A stretch of DNA of 64,000 bases, taken from Cenarchaeum sp. Lineage in GTDB: Archaea > Thermoproteota > Nitrososphaeria > Nitrososphaerales > Nitrosopumilaceae. The translations under genes and the position numbers were made by a program. Every line of letters begins with the position of its first letter. Position 1 is the stretch's first letter. The stretch covers positions 1,536,001 to 1,600,000 of the forward strand of contig OY843768.1 of the NCBI GenBank assembly GCA_963693095.2. The letters are read 5' to 3'. Shown in pieces: positions 56,315-64,000 of the stretch. The notes under the pieces were generated by a model that did no database searches, was not told the DNA's origin, and worked only from the letters and a program-made list of their open reading frames with translations.

Positions 56315-56721
56315 GCCGGTGCCCTGCTAGGGGAATTCCACCCCGACTCTGCGCCGACGGCATCCTTGACCTCCTGGGGAAGCGCCTTGAACTGGATCGC
56401 ACCGAACTTTAGCCCAACTATGATCTCCTTAACTGTCATTGTGCGGTTTTTCATGTTGGGCGCGAACGTGTTCTTGAACGTTCTGACACGCACCGGTCTC
56501 ATCAGCTTGTCGCAATTGTGGCACCTCGTTCCCTCCAGCGCCCCTGTCAGCTCGGCGTTTGTGACCGGCTTGTTGGCCCATACGACAACGCTGTTGCACC
56601 CAGAGCACAGCACTGTCCTCGTCTGCACCAGGGGACGATCCCTGATGCACTGCGACCAGGTCTTGCCGCACTCCCCGCACAGTGCCTCTTTCTTGCTTTT
56701 GCGTGCCAAATGGATCGCCAT
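56311..56721 (-). CDS. Zinc-finger protein (3 x CxxC), virus/plasmid-like
   Basis: CGEC, CSGC, CHNC; TTTATA ~25 nt upstream of the ATG. Confidence 0.7.
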   Translation of the reverse strand: MAIHLARKSKKEALCGECGKTWSQCIRDRPLVQTRTVLCSGCNSVVVWANKPVTNAELTGALEGTRCHNCDKLMRPVRVRTFKNTFAPNMKNRTMTVKEIIVGLKFGAIQFKALPQEVKDAVGAESGWNSPSRAPA

Positions 56722-57089
56722 GGCAGACCCCTACACACATACCCTATAAAACTCCTTCGAACACGCCAGATATGATGTCTCCAGTCCCCATTCGGCGCCT
56801 CACGTCCCCCCAATCGTCTCCTGGACCGCCGTGCGGCTAGTCCACTCGCCGTCCTGCAGGACAAAGCACGTGACTGCCGTGCGCATCGGCTCGGGAACCC
56901 TCTCGCGCAGGCTCACGACGGCGGGGTTGGCAGACCATGTGTCGCAGCCGACAAACCCCATGGCATCCCACTTTGTCATGTTGTATATGACGTGCTCGGG
57001 TTCCTGAAACAGGCCAACAACGTCCCAGAAGCCGCCATGTCCAAGATCCGACGTGAGCCTTATTAGAGAGCGCTTTGGGCGACAGCGTG

Positions 57090-57622
57090 TTGACGATCAA
57101 GCGGATTCGGTCAGATCACATAGACTTGCGACTAATCAAGCGTGGTGAAACGGAGGCAAGGCAGGCCGAGATCAATGTTGGCCTTGATGACTTAACGTCT
57201 AGCATTGTCAGATACGGTCTTTTAAATCCCGTCTTGCTAGTTGAACACGGAAAAGACGGAACTTTTGAGCTAATAGCCGGCCAAAGGAGACTCTTGGCGT
57301 ATCAAAATCTAGCAAAAACGGATCAGAGTTATTCAAAAATTCATGCGGCCATATATGAAAACACCATGGAAGAGTGGGAAAAGAGGGCCATCTCGATCAG
57401 CTCAAACATCACGCAAGAGCCATTGAAGGAGACAGACAGGATAAACGCCATCACGGCAGTTTACAGCCACTTTGACAGAGATATTCCAGAGATGGCCAGA
57501 ACGGCCTAACTGCCTCTGATATGTTGGGGAGGCACGCCAAATGCACAAGGTTGCCGAGGCGAATGGAAGGGTTTGAACGGTTGCTTAAGGTTCGATGTGA
57601 TACTCAACCCCAGGCAATATGA
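57090..57622 (+). pseudogene. parB: ParB/Spo0J-like gene, frameshifted
   Basis: ParBc motifs L..SI...GLLNPV and LIAGQRR, then a stop at 57509 at the start of the expected HTH. Another frame continues GLTASDMLGRHAKCTRLP. Confidence 0.65.
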
Positions 57623-57935
57623 CAAGGTCATCGACGTTTGCGGCCTTGCGATCGGCGAAGAGTTTAGGCGGAGGATTTCATGTTGCACAATTGCGCAGAG
57701 CTACTATGTCATGGGCGTGGTGCTTGCAAGGTCGTGGCGCAAGTCTGAGACACAACACTAGTGTGGTTCTGCCGTTGAGAACAATGGCTCGCAGTCATAC
57801 GAGGCGTTCGTTGAGTATTGGTGATTTCAATGCAATCACAAACATCTCGTGTGCCAGAGGTAAGCGTTATTGTACATAAATTAGTGGTGTGACGACATTA
57901 TCATTCACACATATATTACACTAAGTAGAAAAATT

Positions 57936-58421
57936 TCATGAATCAGGAAGAGTTTCAATCAACTTTTCGATTTCTAGTTCAAACGGACGTTGTTTATCAC
58001 CACCCGTCTGGCGATCCAGAGCAATAAGGCGATAAATGCCGGCATTAGCATATTCTTCGCATATTCGAGCTATTTCTTTTTCTTTTTGATTTTCAAGCGT
58101 ATGTAAATCTGCTTCTTTTGTACTCATTGCAACTGAGATCATTACCCAGACTTCATCTTCAAGAAAAACAGATTTTGGTATTGATATGCTACGTTGTTTT
58201 AACGGTTTACGCTCATCAAGTGTTTTACCGATGGCCATGGCATACAAAAAGATGTCAGAGAGGTGTTTTTCATAAAAAAATGATTCAGAGCGTTTAATAG
58301 CGCCTGATTCAGAATTAAAGTAATCCACAACTTGTTTGTCAGATTTGTCATAGCTGAGATAATCAGGCCAGTCTGCAATAAGACGCCGGGATTTTTGTAT
58401 TGGTGATTTGGCAGAATTCAA
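57936..58421 (-). CDS. pbeD: Dnd-associated protein 4 / PbeD-like
   Basis: DIFLYAMAIG...RKPL...EEYANAGI motif; last gene of the helicase-small-SMC operon. Confidence 0.7.
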   Translation of the reverse strand: MNSAKSPIQKSRRLIADWPDYLSYDKSDKQVVDYFNSESGAIKRSESFFYEKHLSDIFLYAMAIGKTLDERKPLKQRSISIPKSVFLEDEVWVMISVAMSTKEADLHTLENQKEKEIARICEEYANAGIYRLIALDRQTGGDKQRPFELEIEKLIETLPDS

Positions 58422-60520
58422 TTGACACCCTCCAATATTTCTGTATGAGTGTTATTATTTTTGTCTTTTTTGATTGCAAGCTTGTATTCTTTCCACACAG
58501 AATTATTAGCAAAGAGCACATCACGCACAGATCTTGATAATGGGCCAGTAATATCAGAACGCGCGATGCCAGTATATTCCTGATCAGTGACAAGCAAGGT
58601 CAGTTGTGTTTTTTTGAGATAATGGGGAAAACGTTCGGCCAATTCAACTTTGGCTTCTTGCGAGATATTATGCAGAGGAGAATCGATCATAATAAAGTAA
58701 TTGTGTTTAGTAATTTCACGAATAGCAGAAATGTAGGCTAGACCAAGGCAGTGACTCTGTCCCATTGAAAGATTTTTAGAGACGCCATGCTTATCAAGCG
58801 CGCGTAATTGAAATCCAGAAAGAATTTTAACGGCGCTGAAATCTTCTTTGCGAGGCGCAATTTTTAAGAAATATTCTGATGTAATTTCTTCAGTTCTTGT
58901 TTTGAATTCATCTAAAAGAGCGATTCGGATTTGGCGTAGTCGTGACGCAGCGATTTCACAAAGGGCAATTTTTTGGTGTATAGCTTTGTTTTTTCCTTCA
59001 GCAGTTTCAGCATTTTTTATTTTAGTTTGATTAGCATCATGCAGTTTAGCAATTGATTTAATTTCGTTGTTGAGCTCACCAATTTCTATAAATAGACGTG
59101 CTTGTTCATTTTTGTTTTGTTCTTGTTTGGTCAAGACATCACGAGCTTCATCAAACGAATGATCCTGCAGTTCTTTTTTGATAGTTTTACGAGAGGCCGT
59201 AAGTGACATGAGCTTGTTTCTGTTCAAAGCAAGGTCTTTAGAATAACTGTAATATTGTGAACTAATTTTAGATTTTGTCGCATTTTCTAACATTATAGAT
59301 AATCGTGCCCGCCCATGCATAATATCTTGTGTAATTGCAGAATCAACAATTCGATCTTTCATCTTCTGTAATCGGAGAAGTTCATCACTACCCTCTTCAA
59401 GTGAACGACCACAAATACACACAGCAGGTTGAGAGTTAGTCATTTGATCTAGAGCTGATTTGTTGATTGCAGGCGGTATTCGACCATCTTGTTCCCATTG
59501 TCGAAATTTATCTTCGGTAAAAACTATTGTTGGTCGTAAATGTAATTTATAAATATTTTCGCAAAGAAAAGTACGGAAACGTTCGTTAGTCTCGTTAATG
59601 GTTTTAGTGAGAGTTTTTTCTTCTTTTTCTATTTCTTGTAGTCTTTTTGCTTTCTCGTTAATGCTAGCTACAGAATGGTTGATGAGGTAATCCTGGTAAT
59701 TTGCAGCTTCTTTAACAAGTTTTTTAAGAAGTTCGGCTAGCGTAGCGTGCTTTTCTTGGCAATCATTATACCGTTGTTCAAGCTCCTCTGATTGGGAAAT
59801 CAAACCACGATATGGAAGTTGATCTTTTAGCTCCTGGGTAATTTTTCTCTGGGCTTTTTTTAAGTTAGAGACTGTAGTGTCGAGTAAAGGCAAACCAGAG
59901 ATTTCTTCTATGCCATTTTTTACTAGTTCTTCTTCTTTTTGTGTCAAAAAGTGGGATAATAGCTCAGCATCAAATAGGATATACGAGGATAGTGCTTTTG
60001 GAAAAATATTTTCGATCGTTTGTTGTGCATGATCCTGATTGTCCATTTTGATGGGTTGGGGATCAGTCCCTGAACGATAGTGGACTGACAGAATTGGAGG
60101 TTGAAAGTGAATTCCTTCACGTACAAGTGAGCCATTCACGCTGTTAAATCGTTGTTCAAGTAGATCAGTGCTTTTGAATGCTTTGATGCTTCTTTTTATA
60201 CGATATAATAATCCTTCGTCGTCATTAAGCCATAGCTCAACATATGTTTCAATATCATCATTAAGAGGGAGTCGCTCTAATGCATGTTTGTTCATACGTC
60301 CCTCACCTGTATGTTCTGTGTCAAGCTGAACTCGCTCACTACCGTATAACGCCCACATTATTGCATTCAATATGGTGGTTTTACCCAGACCACTTGGGCC
60401 ATGAATAACAGTTATAGGTTTATCAGCATCCTGCGATATGGTTAGCTTATGAGTTCCAAGGTATGTGCGGTAATTATGCAAGATAATTCTATCAATGTTT
60501 AGAGCCGATTTATCAGTCAA
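58418..60520 (-). CDS. pbeC: SMC/Rad50-like ABC ATPase (DndD-like, PbeC)
   Basis: Walker A GPSGLGKTT, coiled coils, CICG hook, LSMGQ signature, IMIDSP Walker B. Confidence 0.78.
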   Translation of the reverse strand: MTDKSALNIDRIILHNYRTYLGTHKLTISQDADKPITVIHGPSGLGKTTILNAIMWALYGSERVQLDTEHTGEGRMNKHALERLPLNDDIETYVELWLNDDEGLLYRIKRSIKAFKSTDLLEQRFNSVNGSLVREGIHFQPPILSVHYRSGTDPQPIKMDNQDHAQQTIENIFPKALSSYILFDAELLSHFLTQKEEELVKNGIEEISGLPLLDTTVSNLKKAQRKITQELKDQLPYRGLISQSEELEQRYNDCQEKHATLAELLKKLVKEAANYQDYLINHSVASINEKAKRLQEIEKEEKTLTKTINETNERFRTFLCENIYKLHLRPTIVFTEDKFRQWEQDGRIPPAINKSALDQMTNSQPAVCICGRSLEEGSDELLRLQKMKDRIVDSAITQDIMHGRARLSIMLENATKSKISSQYYSYSKDLALNRNKLMSLTASRKTIKKELQDHSFDEARDVLTKQEQNKNEQARLFIEIGELNNEIKSIAKLHDANQTKIKNAETAEGKNKAIHQKIALCEIAASRLRQIRIALLDEFKTRTEEITSEYFLKIAPRKEDFSAVKILSGFQLRALDKHGVSKNLSMGQSHCLGLAYISAIREITKHNYFIMIDSPLHNISQEAKVELAERFPHYLKKTQLTLLVTDQEYTGIARSDITGPLSRSVRDVLFANNSVWKEYKLAIKKDKNNNTHTEILEGVN

Positions 60521-60729
60521 TCATCATCAGACTCCTGATTTACCCAATTTAATATTTCTGGATCATCATGGTATCGATTGATAATTTTGTTATACGCTTC
60601 AATTTTATTTCCTTTTTCAACTGTGATAGATTCAGCTTCCAAAATTTCTTTAAAAAAGAGTTGGACTTTGGGGGAGAGATCCTGCATACTATCAATTTTC
60701 TTGAGGATTTCTGGATTTATCTGATCCAC
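60517..60729 (-). CDS. pbeB: Small acidic protein (PbeB-like by position)
   Basis: 70 aa, overlapping the ATPase start; position matches pbeB; TTTTAAA ~25 nt upstream. Confidence 0.55.
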   Translation of the reverse strand: MDQINPEILKKIDSMQDLSPKVQLFFKEILEAESITVEKGNKIEAYNKIINRYHDDPEILNWVNQESDDD

Positions 60730-60896
60730 GCGCCAACGTAAATAAGGTACTTTAAAAGCCTTGACATGAATTTAGCCGCTAGACACACATAATGAGACGG
60801 TCTAGGGTTTGTCCTCACGCCCCATCATCAAAAGCTTCAAGGACTGCGCGGCAGGCGCTAGCCATCGGCCGTAGCACCCGGGGGTCTAATTAACGC

Positions 60897-62984
60897 CTAG
60901 GAAGATGCACCATGAAGTTTACGGCGCTGTTCTTCAACAATAGGCAAGCACTCGTCAGCATTGATAGCCAGCCGAGCCATATCATATTGCCGATCAAACT
61001 GTGAACGAATAATGCTCATTTCAATACTTTTAGTGGCGGGAGTCAAGCGTTCATCTAGGCCAGGAAGAATCAATATGTCGTGAATAGTGGAATGATCTTT
61101 TGAGCTTTTGTCACTATATTTACCAAAAAATTGTCTTAATACACGGCCACGACGCTGAATGAATTGTTTAGGATTTCCGCTGCTGGATAATAAAATGCAG
61201 TGTTTTGCTTCAGGGATATCAACACCTTCATCTAACACCCCAATTGCTACAATTGCGTGATAATCTTCATTTGCAAAATCACGTAGTATTTGCATACGTT
61301 CTATGGGATTTTTTGGGTTATCCGCAGTTATTTTTCTTGAGAGTATAGGCGGAGCTGATTGCATAAGTATAGTTTGAACATCACGCATTTGTTTTTCAGA
61401 ACAGTAAATTAAGGTGTGTTTTAAATCAGGGTGATTTTTGATGATCTCACGAAATTGTGGAATTTTGTTTTCGGCATCACGGATTATCCGAGAACGATAA
61501 ATTAGAGCCATCTCGAGTTCGGCTTCGACATCTTCATCTTTGCGGCGATCCAACAACATGACGATACGATTAGTTGCAGATATGTATTTATCATATTCAT
61601 CAATAGTTAAATCAACATAATATGGATAATAATAATATCCAACTAAAATTTTGGTTTTAATAGCATGTTCAAGATCATATTTGAAAACAGTTTTACCAAA
61701 ATAATCAGACAGCGTTGTAGTGCCAAACTCATCATAATATCGATCAAAGGTTGCAGTGAGTCCAAGACGGTAGGTATAATCTGGCAATAGGCCTCGATGT
61801 CTTTGGGGCGCGCCAGCGTGATGAACTTCATCAGCTAACAACATGATCGGTACCTGGCAAGTTTGGATCAAGTCAATAAAATCTTGAGTTGCATACGTTA
61901 CATAAGAAGTAATTATAGCATTAACGCCAGAGGAAGCTTCTAAATTTAAAAGAGTTATAACGTCACGGACGTTGCGTTTCCAATTAGGGTTGTTCAGAGT
62001 AGAAACATGATCAAATCCTGCAGCCATGAACTGAGATTGCCATTGGTCAGCAATAGTGTTAAAAGGAGAAACAACCACAACAAGAAGACTATCACATTGT
62101 TCAGATATTTTATCGAGTGCATACATGGCAGTTATGGTTTTTCCGGTTCCAGTAGCCATTTCAAAAACACCCGTTCCGTTATTGGCAAGCCAAGATTCAA
62201 CGGCCTGTTTTTGATAAGAGCGTGGCTGGGGTCGATATTTTAAATTCAATAGATCTTTTGATTCAGGCGCTTTGGCGATTAAATTATCTCGAATTGCAGT
62301 AGGCAGATCGATTACGGTTATTATGCGCTTGTTATCATCATCATCACATATTGCATTATTCCAATATTTCAAAAATGTTTCGTAATGTTGGTCGACTCGT
62401 AAACGTTCACTATTATCCCAAGAACGAAAAACATCAAAATTATAGACTTCGCCTATTGTCGGATCGTCAAAGTCTATATTGCCTTTAAATGAGACAAACT
62501 CACTATTGTTTTTCCCATGAAAAACACCAATTTTTGTTTTAAGAGCGCTCACATTAGGGAGATGTTGGGCATCAATTGGGCGTCCAGATTGGTCTTTAAG
62601 TATGGCAACTTTGATTTCAAGGTGTTTATTTTTCAAGAGCCACGCTAAGGCCTTGGTATGATCTTCTTCAAATTTATCTTTAATTTCGTCAATTTGTTTA
62701 ATCCAAGTTTCAGCGATTTTGTCTTCCTGAGTGATGACTTCATTATATATTGCGTCAGCGTCTTCAGGAGAAAATATGGGTGAAAGCACAAGCTCCATCT
62801 TTCCATCATTTTGAATAAAATCTTGCATTCCTGCTGCACACGCTGCAAAATTTTTAGAGGTGAACACGCCGCCAATCCTGTGGCACAAATAAGAGTTTGA
62901 TAAAACCTTGTTAAAAAAATCGTTATAGATATCATCAATGCGTGAATCATACGTATTTTTGAGATTTAGATTATTTAGGCTCAT
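60897..62984 (-). CDS. pbeA: PLD-like domain + SF2 DEAD/H helicase (Dnd-associated, PbeA)
   Basis: N-terminus YDS..DDIYNDFF..VL, MATGTGKT, DEVH, SSSGNPKQFIQRRGRVLR. Confidence 0.8.
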   Translation of the reverse strand: MSLNNLNLKNTYDSRIDDIYNDFFNKVLSNSYLCHRIGGVFTSKNFAACAAGMQDFIQNDGKMELVLSPIFSPEDADAIYNEVITQEDKIAETWIKQIDEIKDKFEEDHTKALAWLLKNKHLEIKVAILKDQSGRPIDAQHLPNVSALKTKIGVFHGKNNSEFVSFKGNIDFDDPTIGEVYNFDVFRSWDNSERLRVDQHYETFLKYWNNAICDDDDNKRIITVIDLPTAIRDNLIAKAPESKDLLNLKYRPQPRSYQKQAVESWLANNGTGVFEMATGTGKTITAMYALDKISEQCDSLLVVVVSPFNTIADQWQSQFMAAGFDHVSTLNNPNWKRNVRDVITLLNLEASSGVNAIITSYVTYATQDFIDLIQTCQVPIMLLADEVHHAGAPQRHRGLLPDYTYRLGLTATFDRYYDEFGTTTLSDYFGKTVFKYDLEHAIKTKILVGYYYYPYYVDLTIDEYDKYISATNRIVMLLDRRKDEDVEAELEMALIYRSRIIRDAENKIPQFREIIKNHPDLKHTLIYCSEKQMRDVQTILMQSAPPILSRKITADNPKNPIERMQILRDFANEDYHAIVAIGVLDEGVDIPEAKHCILLSSSGNPKQFIQRRGRVLRQFFGKYSDKSSKDHSTIHDILILPGLDERLTPATKSIEMSIIRSQFDRQYDMARLAINADECLPIVEEQRRKLHGASS

Positions 62985-63841
62985 GCGGGAGTCAACCGTT
63001 CCAGATTATATTTAATATTTTTGAGAGATATGTGGTGAGGCACCTTTATAGTAAAATTCCCAACTTTGTTAAAGCGTCTGTCAATTATGCCAGTCGCCTG
63101 TTCGTTCACACAAATGATCCCGTAGTCAAATTCAGCGTGGTGTGTTGGACATAATACAATCATATTATCAAAATCGTCGTCACCGCCGTCATGTAAAGGC
63201 CATATATGATGCACTTCAGAGTAATGTGTTTGTGCATCAATTTCTAGACGATATTCGCAAATTTGGCATTTATTGTCGTATAACGTTTTTAATTCACGGG
63301 ATTTTTTAGTGTCACGAATAAACCGGACTGTGTCATGCTTAATTTGGTCAGGGGGGCCGTTTAGATCAATAGGTAAAACAGTGAAACCAGATGTCGTAGG
63401 GCTGACTGGAACCTGCCTATTCATAATATTATCAATTTTATGTTCTTGTATTTTGTGCAATCCTGGAGCGTGTTTGGTGTGAGGATCATCGGCATGGTCA
63501 AGCAGCTCATGGCGCGGTATTTGAACAGTCCGAGTGGCATTAAAATAAACAATGTGAACCATCATTCTTGTTCTAAAGCTACTGCCCCACTGCTTTGGGA
63601 GATCAGGGTTAATTTCTGTTTGAGATACCGAACCCTGGATTGAAAATCGGTGATCACCTTCAAGCATCATGTAGATAACATCACCACGGCGAAGTTGTTC
63701 CCAAAGGGTTTTGTCATGCTGGCGAAGTCCCCATTTGGGTGTATCGTCTGTAGAAAGCATGAGTGACTGAAAGAGGGAAGCATCTCTCCGGTCAACAATG
63801 ACGAAATAGAGTTTTGCTTGCAGATCAGCGGATAACGTCAT
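62981..63841 (-). CDS. PUA/EVE-like domain + HNH endonuclease
   Basis: WG......W..L.RGD.I aromatic N-domain; CQIC...EVHHIWPL..GG.D..DNMIVLCPTHH HNH motif. Confidence 0.82.
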   Translation of the reverse strand: MTLSADLQAKLYFVIVDRRDASLFQSLMLSTDDTPKWGLRQHDKTLWEQLRRGDVIYMMLEGDHRFSIQGSVSQTEINPDLPKQWGSSFRTRMMVHIVYFNATRTVQIPRHELLDHADDPHTKHAPGLHKIQEHKIDNIMNRQVPVSPTTSGFTVLPIDLNGPPDQIKHDTVRFIRDTKKSRELKTLYDNKCQICEYRLEIDAQTHYSEVHHIWPLHDGGDDDFDNMIVLCPTHHAEFDYGIICVNEQATGIIDRRFNKVGNFTIKVPHHISLKNIKYNLERLTPA

Positions 63842-64000
63842 GCTCGGATCTTCTCCAACATTGTGATCGTTGAGCTGATTTTGTCAATTGCAAAGTCAAT
63901 TTCATCACTGGTGTTAAATCTGCCAAATCCCAGGCGAATCGACGTGTGAGCCTGCTCCTCGCTCAGTCCAATGGATAGCAGCACGTGTGACGGTTCAGTC
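63838..64000 (-). CDS. dndA: Cysteine desulfurase C-terminus (DndA/IscS; partial)
   Basis: Hand-translated TEPSHVLLSIGLSEEQAHTSIRLGFGRFNTSDEIDFAIDKISSTITMLEKIRA*; ATGA overlap with the HNH gene. Confidence 0.82.
   Translation of the reverse strand, partial: TEPSHVLLSIGLSEEQAHTSIRLGFGRFNTSDEIDFAIDKISSTITMLEKIRA

Larger units (their letters stand above)
52340..64000. mobile_element. Low-GC defence island (right end beyond the window)
   Basis: Visible GC drop after the hemerythrin gene, strongest from ~57.9 kb; defence and virus-like genes; parB relic. No integrase within the window. Confidence 0.65.

Noticed and set aside
58418-60520. Housekeeping Rad50/SMC, or DndD of the modification module
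   Set aside because: No Mre11/ScpAB or dndC/dndE adjacent; low-GC context between a helicase and a Dnd-associated-4 gene fits PbeC better

Overview
Window from a high-GC archaeon of the ammonia-oxidising lineage (Nitrososphaerota/Thaumarchaeota, Nitrosopumilaceae-like, plausibly a Cenarchaeum-type symbiont). This is inferred from TFB, aTrm56, F420 enzymes, a long-N-terminus Amt and TATA boxes about 25 nt before leaderless starts. 1-45.4 kb is mostly housekeeping: trm56, hflX, PhoU/AbrB, an orphan m4C MTase, thiL, PMM, tRNA-Thr(CGT), thrC, a Ubl-E1 fusion, tRNA-Arg(TCG), npdG, amt, prs, mscS, a KamA-like enzyme and glnA. It is interrupted by a ~6000-aa Ig-repeat surface protein carrying a 2574-bp internal duplication. 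An accessory islet (45.4-49.1 kb) holds a HEPN protein, duplicated membrane genes and a Panacea-like TA candidate. From ~52.3 kb GC drops into a defence island: a GATC-dense 17-bp tandem array, a HEPN / tandem-HEPN / REase-like trio, virus-like Zn-finger ORFs, a frameshifted parB, and a DNA-phosphorothioation antiviral locus (dndA 3' end - PUA/EVE-HNH - pbeABCD-like). In that locus the PbeA PLD active site looks degenerate and an extra HNH nuclease is translationally coupled in, which is the best candidate for an undescribed system variant. Also notable: a membrane protein with two AmoC/PmoC-type D-x3-H-x12-H motifs, and a Ubl-E1-TPR fusion preceded by a direct-repeat-flanked Zn-finger cassette. 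All family calls are by motif recognition; no searches were run.
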